Positions 31,707 to 42,967 of a stretch of DNA of 64,000 nucleotides are shown here, piece after piece; within the stretch, counting starts at the first letter, position 1, and every line of letters begins with the position of its first letter. The DNA comes from Cyanidioschyzon merolae (Eukaryota): assembly GCA_000091205.1 (NCBI GenBank), contig AP006486.2. One strand, 5' to 3'. The notes below the pieces were generated by a model, which worked only from the letters and a program-made list of their open reading frames with translations, made no database searches and was not told the DNA's origin. Made by a program: the position numbers and the translations under genes.

Positions 31707-34184
31707 ATGTCGGGCAACGAACTTGAGAAACACGTCGCGAACTTGGCGCACCTACATAGTTATCGTAGCGAGGTTCTCAAAAAGAGCAAGCTTCCACAGC
31801 CAGCGAAGGGAATTGCACGGCGAGCGGCGTCTCACTTTGTTAACTGGCGCCAGCTGCATAACTACCGCAAGGAGCTCGAGGAGCAATATGCGGAGTTTGC
31901 AACCGATCCCCGTTACCAAGTCGACTCGGACGAATTCGACCCGCAAGCCTACACAGAAGTTGTAAGTGCACTCCAGAGCGCGCTTCTTCTCAAACCGCCT
32001 CAAATTGCTATTGCCTGGAAGAACCTGACGGTGAAAGTTCCGGTTGTGTACGGGCGCACGGGGATCGAGACTGTCGGTTCGAAAACACAGGAAGCCGTGC
32101 TCGCACTGCCACGCGTAGCGATCGATATTGGGAAATGGATCTGGACGGACGTTTTCCGACAAGGGCTCAACAAAGACGCACATCTAGAACCGATAGTCGA
32201 CGACGCTACTGGTGTCCTGCTTCCCGGAGAGACGCTGCTGGTGCTGGGCCCGCCGGGCTCCGGCACCAGCACGTTTCTGAATGTGCTCGCGCAACGCAGT
32301 CTGAAAGACTACGCTGCCATCACCGGAACAGTTGAGTACAATGGGTGCGATTTACACACGGCAGAGAAGCGAACGGTGCGCCCACTGCAGCATATCGTGC
32401 AGTTTGTCGAAGAGGCAGATACACACATCGCCTCGTTGACGGTACGCGATACGTTCCGGTTTGCAGCCGAGTGTCTGATACCAGACTTTTTCCCGTTCGC
32501 GGAGAAGGTGCGTCAAGATCGCGTGGAGCTTCTTATTAAGAATCTGGGATTAGAGCATTGTGCGGACACTGTAGTGGGTAATGAACTCTTACGGGGAGTC
32601 AGCGGTGGAGAAAAGAAGCGAGTGACGATCGGAGAGATGGCGGTGCGGCTTTCGTCGCAAATTTGGCTGCTCGATCAATGGACTCGCGGTCTTGATGCGG
32701 CAACCGCAATGGATTTGCAATATCGAGTTGCCGCTGTAGCCAAGCAGCGCAATATTACTGTCATTTCTGTGATGCAACAGCCAAGTCAAGAGATTTACGA
32801 TGCGTACGACAAGGTCTTGTTGATGGAGGCAGGCAAAGTGCTCTACTTTGGGCCGACCAATGAGGCAGAGCGATACTTCTTCAAGCTTGGTTATCGGCGG
32901 CCACGCAAACGGCTCATTCCTGAGTTCTTAGCGACCCTTGGCGACCCATTCGAGTCGAAACTTTGCATTCGGCCTGGATATGAGGATCGCGTGCCGCGGA
33001 CACCAGCGGAGTTCGCCGAGCGCTACCGCAATTCCTCGATCGCCAGGCGCTATCGAGAGATGGTGGAATCGCATTCCTATCTAACCGACGAGCAGCGCGA
33101 AGCATTCAACCAGGAACGTTATGTCGAGATAAGCAAGTTGTACGTTCGCAACTCGCTCCAACCTCGCTTGCGCCAGATGTTCATATGTTTGAATCGCGAA
33201 ATTCGAATGATCATCACGGCACCGTTCTCTTTCATCGTACGCTTCGCTCGTTATATCATTCTGGGTATCGTGGTCGGTGCGCTCTTCTTCGGGATCAATC
33301 ATGATCAACTGAGCGTTCGCGTTCGTGGCGGTCTTCTTTTCCTTGTCCTCCTAACCGTCGGTGTCGCTGGCTTTTCTTCTATTCAGCAAAACGCGGCTAC
33401 TCTGCAAATCATACGAAAACAGCGACGAGCAGGCTTCTATGAAATGCCACCATACTTTTTTGCGCTCTGGTTGATGGATATTCCGATTCAGTTCATCGAA
33501 GTGCTCATTTACTTGACGCTTGTCACGTACATGACGAAATTGCAGGGAGGTCCTCGATACGGTTTTGCGATCTTGATGGTGTGGTTAACCGGTATGGCAA
33601 CCAATACCTTGCTCAAATCGATTGGCTACGCAGCACCCTACACGGATATTGCGCTCGTGCTGGCGAGTTTGGTGATCATGCTCATGGTTCTGAGTGTGGG
33701 TTTCTTGGCTACCCCACCGAACATACCCGTGTATCTTCGTTGGATCTACTGGATCAATCCGTTTCACTATGCTTATGAGGCCATCATGCTGAATGAATTC
33801 GATGGCCTGTATTTCCACTGTACACCGAGCGAACTGCAGCCTGCGGGTGTACCGTCGGCCTATCAGGTGTGCCCGATCACGAACGGCATCAAGTATTTAC
33901 ACAGTCACTACAACTTTGCGTCTAACCCGTCATACAAATGGATTGACTTTGTCATCATCGTGGCGTACTATGTTGGATTCACCATCATAGCAGCTATTCT
34001 TCTGGTGCTCGTGCGTTGGCCACCGCGCCCCATGTACAAGAACGCCCGAGAAGTCGCCTGCGAGACGGATGTTCAGACATTTGTGGAAAGTCTCGAGCGG
34101 GAGGCCTCGTTATCGGATCGTCGGTCGCGAGAAGTATCGAATCCGTTCACAGATCGAAAAATATCGACGAATTCCAGACCGTAA
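31707..34184 (+). CDS. ABCG/PDR-type half transporter (NBD-TMD) matching the N-terminal half (NBD1-TMD1) of a full-size PDR pump
   Basis: Degenerate Walker A GPPGSGTST (Lys to Thr), canonical signature VSGGEKKRVTIGEMA and Pdr5-like degenerate Walker B LLDQWTRGLDAATA (Glu to Gln), then 6 TM helices. ATG at 31707 was verified. Confidence 0.85.
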   Translation: MSGNELEKHVANLAHLHSYRSEVLKKSKLPQPAKGIARRAASHFVNWRQLHNYRKELEEQYAEFATDPRYQVDSDEFDPQAYTEVVSALQSALLLKPPQIAIAWKNLTVKVPVVYGRTGIETVGSKTQEAVLALPRVAIDIGKWIWTDVFRQGLNKDAHLEPIVDDATGVLLPGETLLVLGPPGSGTSTFLNVLAQRSLKDYAAITGTVEYNGCDLHTAEKRTVRPLQHIVQFVEEADTHIASLTVRDTFRFAAECLIPDFFPFAEKVRQDRVELLIKNLGLEHCADTVVGNELLRGVSGGEKKRVTIGEMAVRLSSQIWLLDQWTRGLDAATAMDLQYRVAAVAKQRNITVISVMQQPSQEIYDAYDKVLLMEAGKVLYFGPTNEAERYFFKLGYRRPRKRLIPEFLATLGDPFESKLCIRPGYEDRVPRTPAEFAERYRNSSIARRYREMVESHSYLTDEQREAFNQERYVEISKLYVRNSLQPRLRQMFICLNREIRMIITAPFSFIVRFARYIILGIVVGALFFGINHDQLSVRVRGGLLFLVLLTVGVAGFSSIQQNAATLQIIRKQRRAGFYEMPPYFFALWLMDIPIQFIEVLIYLTLVTYMTKLQGGPRYGFAILMVWLTGMATNTLLKSIGYAAPYTDIALVLASLVIMLMVLSVGFLATPPNIPVYLRWIYWINPFHYAYEAIMLNEFDGLYFHCTPSELQPAGVPSAYQVCPITNGIKYLHSHYNFASNPSYKWIDFVIIVAYYVGFTIIAAILLVLVRWPPRPMYKNAREVACETDVQTFVESLEREASLSDRRSREVSNPFTDRKISTNSRP

Positions 34185-34715
34185 GTGCAGTGACATGGAC
34201 TCGGTGCCGATGCGCGAACCGCAGCGGATGACAGCAGCGTCGCTCTATGACATGGCATTGTGCTTCGTCTCTGGGTCCAGCGTTGGCGAAGTCAAGTCGG
34301 CGACGATTTCGTCGAGAACGTGACGGATGTTGTGCTTGTGTGCAAGCTTCAGATGTACTGGGCCTCGTGGTTACCAGCAGAACGCAGAGAGCGCTTGTAT
34401 GTTGGCGCTCCACAGCGCCGAGTGGATGAATCCGAAGGCTTTCGGGTGACGCAGCGGCGCCACTGGCGGCCGCCTTGAGCGTCATCGGCAGTAGGTACAC
34501 AACGCGGTGGGTGTCGTTGCAGCGCGCGAGGTTTTCTGATGGTAAACGCAGCACATAGTATGCGCCCTGGAGACTTGCTGGTGACCTGAAGCACCGCGTT
34601 GGCGATGTGGATGATCAAGAGTGGATAGACCATGCTTCAGCCGCGAGCAGCTGGTCCGTGTTTGATCCGCTCTGTATCGTTCAAACTCCATTGTTCTAGA
34701 CCGGTGGATGGCGAA

Positions 34716-35718
34716 TATTCTCTCTGAATTAGCGAATAACGGAAGACTACACTCGTTCACAAATTCCCTAGGAAAATACTTGCCAGTGTACATATATGCG
34801 GTGCTCTGGTTGTTCAGGTTCGCCGCACTGAACCGCTTCAGGGCGCTGAGCTAGGCGGGGATCCATTCCCGCTGCCCCTGGCATATGAGTCGCTATCGTC
34901 GACAGTTCCCCAGTGTTTAGGTGTCATGCCTATCTGGCGTACGAAGCGATGTTCGTGGTAGCTCGCTCCACAGAGCCTCTCGCGACGCTCTGGATGCACG
35001 ACACTTTGTCGGTTGTCGATCGAGACGTTCAAGCGTCGGTGCAGAGAACGCCTAGCGCCGTGCGCTACCAAGTCCACGACCCGACGTGTCGTTCATTTCC
35101 GTTCCCAAACCGGTGCAGAAGCTTTCTCTCGATTGCACGCTTCCTGGCTCCGGATGACCGAGACCGGGGCGACTCCAGCGCCGTCGTCATGGACGTCTGC
35201 CACGGGATGCTCGTGTGACCTCTCTGGAAGCTCCTGTACGGACTGCATGGAGCGTGCAAGGCATCCCGCGCTGCTCAGCCCGGTGCGTAGCGTGTCGGGT
35301 GAGCACCCGGCGCCTGCATGTTGCTTCTTTGTATGCCACGTGGCGTCCACAGCGCTCGACTTTCGAAGATTCCGGGCACAGGTCGAGCTGAGCAGCTCCG
35401 TCTGGTTTGCTGGTCAGGCGTTCGGCTCCGTGCTTTTGGTTGCTCCGTGTGCGGCGACAGCCGTGAAGCGCCTTACCCGCGGATAAACGCTGAAACCAGA
35501 ATCTTTTTCCTGGTCTACCTGGATCGGTTGAGAAAGAGTCTCGTTGCGCACCGCTGGGCGAGGCCTCACCAAGTGCATCCAGACTGATGGTTTGTCGCTC
35601 TGCATGCTCCCGCAGACCGTTCTTCATTTCCTGGGAGTAAACGAGAAACATGGAATGAGCGCAACAGACGCTGTTTGCGAATCTGTTCCAATGCATCGTC
35701 GTTTCTTGCCAAGACCAG
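34716..35718. repeat. Copy 1 of a dispersed/direct repeat about 1.0 kb long
   Basis: About 99% identical to 40064-41068 (about 8 mismatches per kb in the segments compared). It begins atattctctctgaattagcg and ends ttcttgccaagacca, with no recognisable coding domain. Confidence 0.8.
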
Positions 35719-38136
35719 CTGCAGCTCACAGAGAAGGCCGTACAGGCCGCTGCGCCAGTGTGTGGAGTACGCGAACAGGCATTTATGTAGGACAGGGGCA
35801 CCACATCGAATAGAAGCCCGCTGAGCATGTTATGCTGGCATACTATGAGCGCGTCCGCTTTAAGCTTGAGTGCTCTATTCATGAAAGCATATTCGCACAA
35901 ACTGTTGCGAAGCCGCGGCAGCCATGTCAGCTACCCTGCGGGTAAGGAGTCGAAAGATCCGTCATCCTGAGCAGCGCAATGAACTTGGAGAATTCGCTGC
36001 GAGTCTCGCTCTCATTGCGAGTTCTCTGTGGAACTCGGTACCTCCTCGATGTGTCGCGTTACCAGCGCGTCATTGACCCCCCATGGACACGCTCAGGAAT
36101 CCTTGCCATCAGTTCCCATTGTTCACGGTCAGCAGCGTATGCATATAATGCCCAGTGGGTGCGCCTCATAAAGCGCTTCGACACTGACCTGCTTATGCTT
36201 TTGGTCAGTGAAGCTGGATGGATACTTTTGGCAGCTGCCCTGTACCGCTTTTTTCGATCACCGACAAGACGCAGCGATGTGTCAAGGTATGCTCAGAGGC
36301 GTTTGCATGAGAATCTGATCCTCCGATCAGGCCGTCTTGTATCCCCTGTAACGAGAATCAGCTGTGCTGCTTCACAGAGGTCTGATCGAAGAATTCCAGG
36401 CGAATATGACCGGTTGGCAGCGCAGTGTCCAGAACTCCTCCGAAGACCTGCTCGGCGACATATGTGAAGACGAAAGCACCGAGGCGTTCATTCGTTGAAT
36501 TAGAAGCTGTACGATCTCGAATGTTTTTCCTGCATTGTTTCGTGTCATTGGTGCGAACAGCTCATCTACGGATCCGGAAGCGGAAAATTTGCATTCGACA
36601 TCATCGAATCAGAGAGAATATACGAGAACAATGTGCAGTTGAGCGCCAGTCCTAAACGTGTACTCCATTACTGCCATTCTATGACGTAACGCAATGTTTT
36701 CCATGAGCAGGACAGAATAATGTTCGAATGAGAAGCCACGAAGAATGGTTCAACGATAATGCGTTGGTATTGAAAGGGCCCGGGCTTTGGCCTTCTGAAC
36801 GCGACTCCATGAATAAATCGCCACTGGCGCCTATGTCGTGGTAAAACGCGCTTGTCTCTTCTCTTCGAAACAGCGCTCGATCGCCCTTCGAATATCTCTA
36901 CACAGGTGCGCAATTCTTCCCCAAAGAAACCTCATAGACAGAGACGAATACCCGTCGCTCCTGTACTTATCGCTCGCGTTTCAGTTCGAAATCGCTGGAG
37001 TGTTGTTCACAGCGTGACGAATTCGTGTAGCAGTGCGCTTTTTTACTCCATCCTTCCGTGTCTCTTCAACACCATTCATATCACTGATACGCCAAAATCA
37101 CATTTTATGGCCTCGTCGTCAGCATTCTTAGAGAATGTATGGAGTGGGACCGATTGACGGGGACACGGTTGTCTAGATACTGTTTGGTTTGGTGAGTTTC
37201 CGGCGCTCTACGTTCAGAGCGGGGATTTCGACGAGACTTGTGGTTCATCCACCAGCGAACCGTAGCATACGTGACTTGGAGAGACGAAAAAGTCTTTTCT
37301 CGCACGCTTGCAGTGACTGCATTCGCGCTTTTCGTGACCGTTCTTCAGTCTACGGGAAATCATTTCACTGACTACCCGCGAGAAAAGCAACCAAGAACAA
37401 AAGTGATCTGCTCGTATATCCAGTCTAAAAAGTACTTTTCTGTGTATAAAGCGGCCTGATTCGCTGGTACGATCATCCGCTCAAGTTTCTGCATGAAGCT
37501 TCCACAACGCAGTTTCGATACATGCATGGATGCTAGCCGCGGATGTGGGCACTGTAGACTCGGACAACTAACTGGCAGAGAGCGATCGAAAATCCTCTTT
37601 AAAGCAAGTGGGTGTATGGTGATGGTGCTTTCGATAAACTGCGCTGCAGGTTCAGCGAGGACGCCACAGGTACCGGTGACCGCTGACGCACCTCTTACCG
37701 AGCGGCAACATCTTGTGCCGCGTGCAGATACTTTGCTGGTGACGCTGGAGATTTCGCTCTGGTTCCTATTGAGTGAACGATACAACGCTTGCTTTTCAAT
37801 CCAAAAAGCAGGTCTATGGGAAATTCCAGCAGGTCTGGTTTTGAACCGTCATCCTAGTCCACTGCAGCATCGAGTTCCGCAATGTAATGGAGTATATCCT
37901 ATGCTTTCGCGTACGCAGATCGTGCCCTAGTCCAGAGACACTGGCCTGCTTCAACGGCCGTCCGTGGTGCGTCACAACCACAGCGGGAATATCGTTGCCG
38001 ACTATGTCCAGAACATAGCGTCCAGGGCTGGCCCGGGCACCCGTGCAAATCTGCTCCATTGCCATGATGCCACGCGCAACAACACTAGTGATGTAGAGCT
38101 CATAAAACGGTAGTGTATCGCCAGCGCATCCCTCTG

Positions 38137-38174
38137 ACACACACACTCTGTGTGTGTGTGTGTTTGTTTGTTTG
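38137..38174. repeat. Palindromic (CA)5-TC-(TG)7 microsatellite followed by (TTTG)3
   Basis: gacacacacactctgtgtgtgtgtgtgtttgtttgtttg; the CA and TG arms are reverse complements of each other, giving cruciform potential. Confidence 0.8.
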
Positions 38175-38351
38175 AAAAAGCTCCCTGTTCGGGCTACCAG
38201 AAACGAAACACGGTATGCTGCAGCCCCTGTGCTCACTGTGCATGGTTTCCTGGTCTCGAAACACGATTGTCTTCACTCGTATCGGGAGGCACGTGCAATG
38301 TGCATCGCAGTGCGTCTAGCCAAAGACCGTTCATGATGTCGCAGACGCTGG

Positions 38352-39737
38352 CTACTGGTGACCGCGACCAGGCCGGAACGTGGATCCAAAGTACATGAAC
38401 ATGTTGGCAAACGACTCGAGAATAGGATTATAGCCGCTTGGATTGGTAGCAGCATGTTTTCGCCACCATTCCTGTTGCGGGAGTAGCTCCTGGAGTCCAA
38501 TCCGCCGTTCTAATCGACGGTGTGCCCGCAACAGACGCGGAAACGACACAGAAAACATGATATCGTGCTCACCAGGCCTTACTGCTGGCCAGTCAACGGT
38601 CTGATCTTGGCCAAAAGTCTGAATAACGGGTGCAATTGTGGTACCACTAGCGGTCGGTAAACTGTCAGTGAAACAGGCAAAGTCGGCGATGAGCAAACTG
38701 TGACCTTGTGGGAAGGAGCGCGCTATGTTTCGCAGCAAGAGCGTAGCGTCAGTCGGTACATACGTCGGCCAGGATACATCCTCTGCGTCAAACGCTTCCG
38801 CTGGACCCGCATTCGTATTCATAGATGTACCTGCACGAACAGACGAGGGGATGACCCAGTCGTTCATCCGCCGAAACAAGCTGCGGATTTGTTCGATGGA
38901 GCGAACAATGCCACTGCCACGTCCTGCATACATCGAGGGTTCCGGCGGATCGCCCATCTTCGATGGAGTCTCTTCGGCCTCAAAATGAGGACCGAAGCCC
39001 CAGACCCGACACGCCTCAAGAATCAAATCGTCACGCAAAGGCTCGTACAGGAAGCGGCCTCTGCCGTCCACCAGGAGCTGATACCACTCACCGGTACGTC
39101 GATTTTGTACGATAGCATCGTGAGCTAAATTGTCCAGAACTTCTAGCGCTAGAACTGCAACCCGTGGCGGTTGCCCCGACTCGTATCGCTCGTGTGCTCT
39201 AGCTGCTGCTGCTGCTGCTGCTGCCGCCGCCTCGGGGTGCTCCAGCGGGATCGGCTCCTCCAGCGCTGATCGGTGATGGACGACACACCGCCCCGCATCA
39301 ATGTGCTCATAGAGTTGCTCGTGTTGGCGCATCACGAAGGGAGCGGAGATATCAACCGTGTGGTATGTCAACTTGGCATACTTTTCGGGAAACGAGTCCC
39401 GGAGATAGTTCAGAGCGTCAAGCGCGACGGTACCGTTCCCTGCGCCGACCTCCACAATCGTATCGTGGTCGTGCGTTACTGCCAGAAAGTGCGCTATCGT
39501 TCTCCCATAGTGAGGTGAGAAGAGCTCTGAGGGTGTCAGCCATGTTCGCGGTGCAGTAGCGTAAAGGTCGCGAACGTGTGCGTCCCACTCGGCGCGAGAC
39601 GCGAACTTGAGCTCTACGTTCTGCCCGCCGCGCGAAGATCGCCGAAGCGGCAGATCTGCCTCTTTTACCGGGTTAAAGTAACCACGTTTAGGACTGTAAA
39701 GGCATTCATAGATGAAGTTTCGTAGCAGAACCGACAT
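38352..39737 (-). CDS. DUF185/MidA (NDUFAF7-like) SAM-dependent methyltransferase
   Basis: YSPKRGYFNP, TPSELFSPHYGRTIAHFL and IVEVGAGNGTVALDAL motifs resemble the MidA/NDUFAF7 family. It contains a poly-Ala run (AAAAAAAAA) encoded by a (GCT/GCC)n repeat at 39202-39231. ATG was verified. Confidence 0.6.
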   Translation of the reverse strand: MSVLLRNFIYECLYSPKRGYFNPVKEADLPLRRSSRGGQNVELKFASRAEWDAHVRDLYATAPRTWLTPSELFSPHYGRTIAHFLAVTHDHDTIVEVGAGNGTVALDALNYLRDSFPEKYAKLTYHTVDISAPFVMRQHEQLYEHIDAGRCVVHHRSALEEPIPLEHPEAAAAAAAAAARAHERYESGQPPRVAVLALEVLDNLAHDAIVQNRRTGEWYQLLVDGRGRFLYEPLRDDLILEACRVWGFGPHFEAEETPSKMGDPPEPSMYAGRGSGIVRSIEQIRSLFRRMNDWVIPSSVRAGTSMNTNAGPAEAFDAEDVSWPTYVPTDATLLLRNIARSFPQGHSLLIADFACFTDSLPTASGTTIAPVIQTFGQDQTVDWPAVRPGEHDIMFSVSFPRLLRAHRRLERRIGLQELLPQQEWWRKHAATNPSGYNPILESFANMFMYFGSTFRPGRGHQ

Positions 39738-40063
39738 GCGGCGGAAAGCGCGGGCTTTGCCTTCCGACCTCTACCAGGTACGTCGAGAGCCTGGTACCAG
39801 GTTACAGCGTTAACGCGACCAGTTGCAACCTTTTGGCAAAGAAGGTGACTTGGATGAAAAGCTACAGACTAATTTCTTTCACCAAATAATACGTCCTAGA
39901 TACTGGGGTATCCTCTACGGATACCCAAGGGGAAGCAACAAGCGAGCGTCCCGGGCTATCTCTAGCACGAGCCGGTGACGTAGACGTGCCGCCGGGGCGC
40001 GCACCTTGCCCCCAGATACGTTGTTGGCGCTGTGGATCCCGATGCACGGCTCCATACGGAGAT

Positions 40064-41068
40064 ATTCTCTCTGAATTAGCGAATAACGGAAGACTACACT
40101 CGTTCACAAATTCCCTAGGAAAATACTTGCCAGTGTACATATATGCGGTGCTCTGGTTGTTCAGGTTCGCCGCACTGAACCGCTTCAGGGCGCTGAGCTA
40201 GGCGGGGATCCATTCCCGCTGCCCCTGGCATACGAGTCGCTATCGTCGACAGTTCCCCAGTGTTTAGGTGTCATGCCTATCTGGCGTACGAAGCGATGTT
40301 CGTGGTAGCTCGCTCCACAGAGCCTCTCGCGACGCTCTGGATGCACGACACTTTGTCGGTTGTCGATCGAGACGTTCAAGCGTCGGTGCAGAGAACGCCT
40401 AGCGCCGTGCGCTACCAAGTCCACGACCCGACGTGTCGTTCATTTCCGTTCCCAAACCGGTGCAGAGGCTTTCTCTTGATTGCACGCTTCCTGGCTCCGG
40501 ATGGCCGAGACCGGGGCGACTCCAGCGCCGTCGTCATGGACGTCTGCCACGGGATGCTCGTGTGACCTCTCTGGAAGCTCCTGTACGGACTGCATGGAGC
40601 GTGCAAGGCATCCCGCGCTGCTCGGCCCGGTGCGTAGCGTGTCGGGTGAGCACCCGGCGCCTGCATGTTGCTTCTTTGTATGCCACGTGGCGTCCACAGC
40701 GCTCGACTTTCGAAGATTCCGGGCACAGGTCGAGCTGAGCAGCTCCGTCTGGTTTGCTGGTCAGGCGTTCGGCTCCGTGCTTTTGGTTGCTCCGTGTGCG
40801 GCGACAGCCGTGAAGCGCCTTACCCGCGGATAAACGCTGAAACTAGAATCTTTTTCCTGGTCTACCTGGATCGGTTGAGAAAGAGTCTCGTTGCGCACCG
40901 CTGGGCGAGGCCTCACCAAGTGCATCCAGACTGATGGTTTGTCGCTCTGCATGCTCCCGCAGACCGTTCTTCATTTCCTGGGAGCAAACGAGAAACATGG
41001 AATGAGCGCCACAGACGCTGTTTGCGAATCTGTTCCAATGCATCGTCGTTTCTTGCCAAGACCAACCG
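40064..41068. repeat. Copy 2 of the 1.0-kb direct repeat
   Basis: About 99% identical to 34716-35718 and in the same orientation. The two copies are separated by 4.3 kb containing the NDUFAF7-like gene. Confidence 0.8.
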
Positions 41069-42136
41069 CTAAAAGAGCGGACGATATCCACTGGCAAGCA
41101 ATTCGATACCAGTGTCGTTCGGCCTTCATGATAACCGTTGGAAAGGAGGATACGATTTCCGTATCTTCCAACGTTTGCCTTCTATGCCGAAGTGCCCGTG
41201 TGCCGGACGAGTATGCTGGGCCAGTGCTGCATGCTGCCCCCAGGGGTGGGTGCAGTTGCGCCACCTGAACAACTCGCCCGCAATGCAGTTGATTCTCGGA
41301 TTCAGGGCAGTTCGGGTGTGTCTCGAAGTCGCCCAGGTTGCAGTTATCTCCTAGTACACCGCATCGCGCTGCCGCATGCAGTAGGTCTGTCTGCGCAGTT
41401 TGCAGGCGCCCAGAATGATGTAGAGTGCCGACCCCGTGTCGGATGAACGACGCCTCGAGCCGACATGCCCATTGGTATGGCAACGCTGCTCTGTCTTTGT
41501 ATTGCATCCGCACTTGCGGTATAAGCGCTACAACGGGTGCAGCACTGCATGCACTCGGCGCGAGAGATACCATAACAAACGACCAGTGTATCCTAAAGAA
41601 AGTATGGGCCATGGAACCTGAAGGTACAGTGCGTCATGATGAATACGTTCCCGAATGCCTATATCCCTCATTTGATCTTGGGTATACGTTCAATGTAAAC
41701 CTTTAGTCGAACAAAAAATGGAAACGCTGCATAGGTGAATGAATAACGCAACATCCGCTCAAACCGTGCTACTGGCCGGCCAGTCTCCTCCGGAACGCTC
41801 ACATCATTCTATCAAGAGAATAACGATTGTGAACACACACTCGCCATCGACGGGCTTCCAGTCTGGCTCAGCATGGTCCCGTTACCATAACCCAATCGTT
41901 GCGTCTGTGCTAGTTTTCAACTTTCACTTGTTCAGCGCGGTAGTTTTCTCAAAAAAGTGCGCCGTTTCCGCTACGCCGAGCAGTTGCGTCACTCTCAGAG
42001 AAAAACGGTCGCAAGTGTAGGCGAGGCGTTTGTAACTGGACCACGTGTCCGGGGAGTGTCTGGCACCTGGTCTGTGGGGCGACTCCCTCAAAAGCTACAG
42101 CGGAGTCAGCATCAAGACTGGTTGCGTGTCTCGAGG

Positions 42137-42967
42137 ATGCGACTTCGCAAACGTCCGCTGACCAGGGCATTGACTTGTATCAAGTCCGAAGACGCGCGAA
42201 ATGAGCGCTTAGGAAAGGCTGCAGGTGAGATAAATGAAAAACCTGCGCCAGAAGACAGCGATGCTAGCCCCAGCGTGAGGCAGGTTTACCAAGCACTCGT
42301 ACAGACGTACGGCGAACGCAACCGACGTCCAACCGGGCGAAGCGTTCTTGAGGCTCTCGTTCGTACGATCCTCTCCCAGAATACCACGGATAAGTTGTCA
42401 GGAGCTGCGTATCGGGCGCTTCGGTCTCGTTATAAGGACTGGGCGGACGTGCTGCATGCACCTGTCGGGGAGATTGAGGAAACCATTCGGATCGGAGGCC
42501 TTGCACGAACGAAGGCTCAACACATACAAGATATTCTGCGCGAACTTGAGCACAATGCAGCAACGACAGGCACCGACACTGACTGGACACAGGGTCTGGA
42601 GTTTCTCCGCAATGTACCCACCGCGCAAGTCATGGAATACTTGACCCGCTACCCAGGTGTCGGTCCAAAAACTGCCGCATGCGTGGCGATGTTCACCCTC
42701 GAACGCGATGATAGTTTTCCTGTGGATACGCATATCTTTAGACTGGCGAAGCGGCTCGGATGGGTACCGAATGGGCATACCCGGGAACAGGCTCAAGTAG
42801 ATTTAGAGAATCTGATACCAAGCACTCTCCACTACCCGATGCATATTCTGATGATTGAGCATGGGCGCAAGGTTTGCACTGCTCGGGGACCGCGATGCCA
42901 GCACTGTAAACTAGCAGGTCTGGGCTGCCCGAGTGCCACGCAAGATACAGAATCGACGCCCGTCTGA
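42137..42967 (+). CDS. Endonuclease III (Nth) family HhH-GPD DNA glycosylase with a 4Fe-4S cluster. The ORF is open from 41957; the first ATG is at 42137.
   Basis: LVRTILSQNTTDK, the HhH motif LTRYPGVGPKTAACV, a catalytic-region Asp (VDTHIFRLAKRLGW) and the C-terminal Cys cluster CTARGPRCQHCKLAGLGC. The N-terminus is Arg-rich. Confidence 0.8.
   Translation: MRLRKRPLTRALTCIKSEDARNERLGKAAGEINEKPAPEDSDASPSVRQVYQALVQTYGERNRRPTGRSVLEALVRTILSQNTTDKLSGAAYRALRSRYKDWADVLHAPVGEIEETIRIGGLARTKAQHIQDILRELEHNAATTGTDTDWTQGLEFLRNVPTAQVMEYLTRYPGVGPKTAACVAMFTLERDDSFPVDTHIFRLAKRLGWVPNGHTREQAQVDLENLIPSTLHYPMHILMIEHGRKVCTARGPRCQHCKLAGLGCPSATQDTESTPV

Noticed and set aside
34716-41068. LTR retrotransposon with 1-kb LTRs
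   Set aside because: The repeats lack TG...CA termini and target-site duplications, and the internal 4.3 kb encodes a MidA/NDUFAF7-like host gene instead of gag-pol. This is kept as a direct repeat or segmental duplication.
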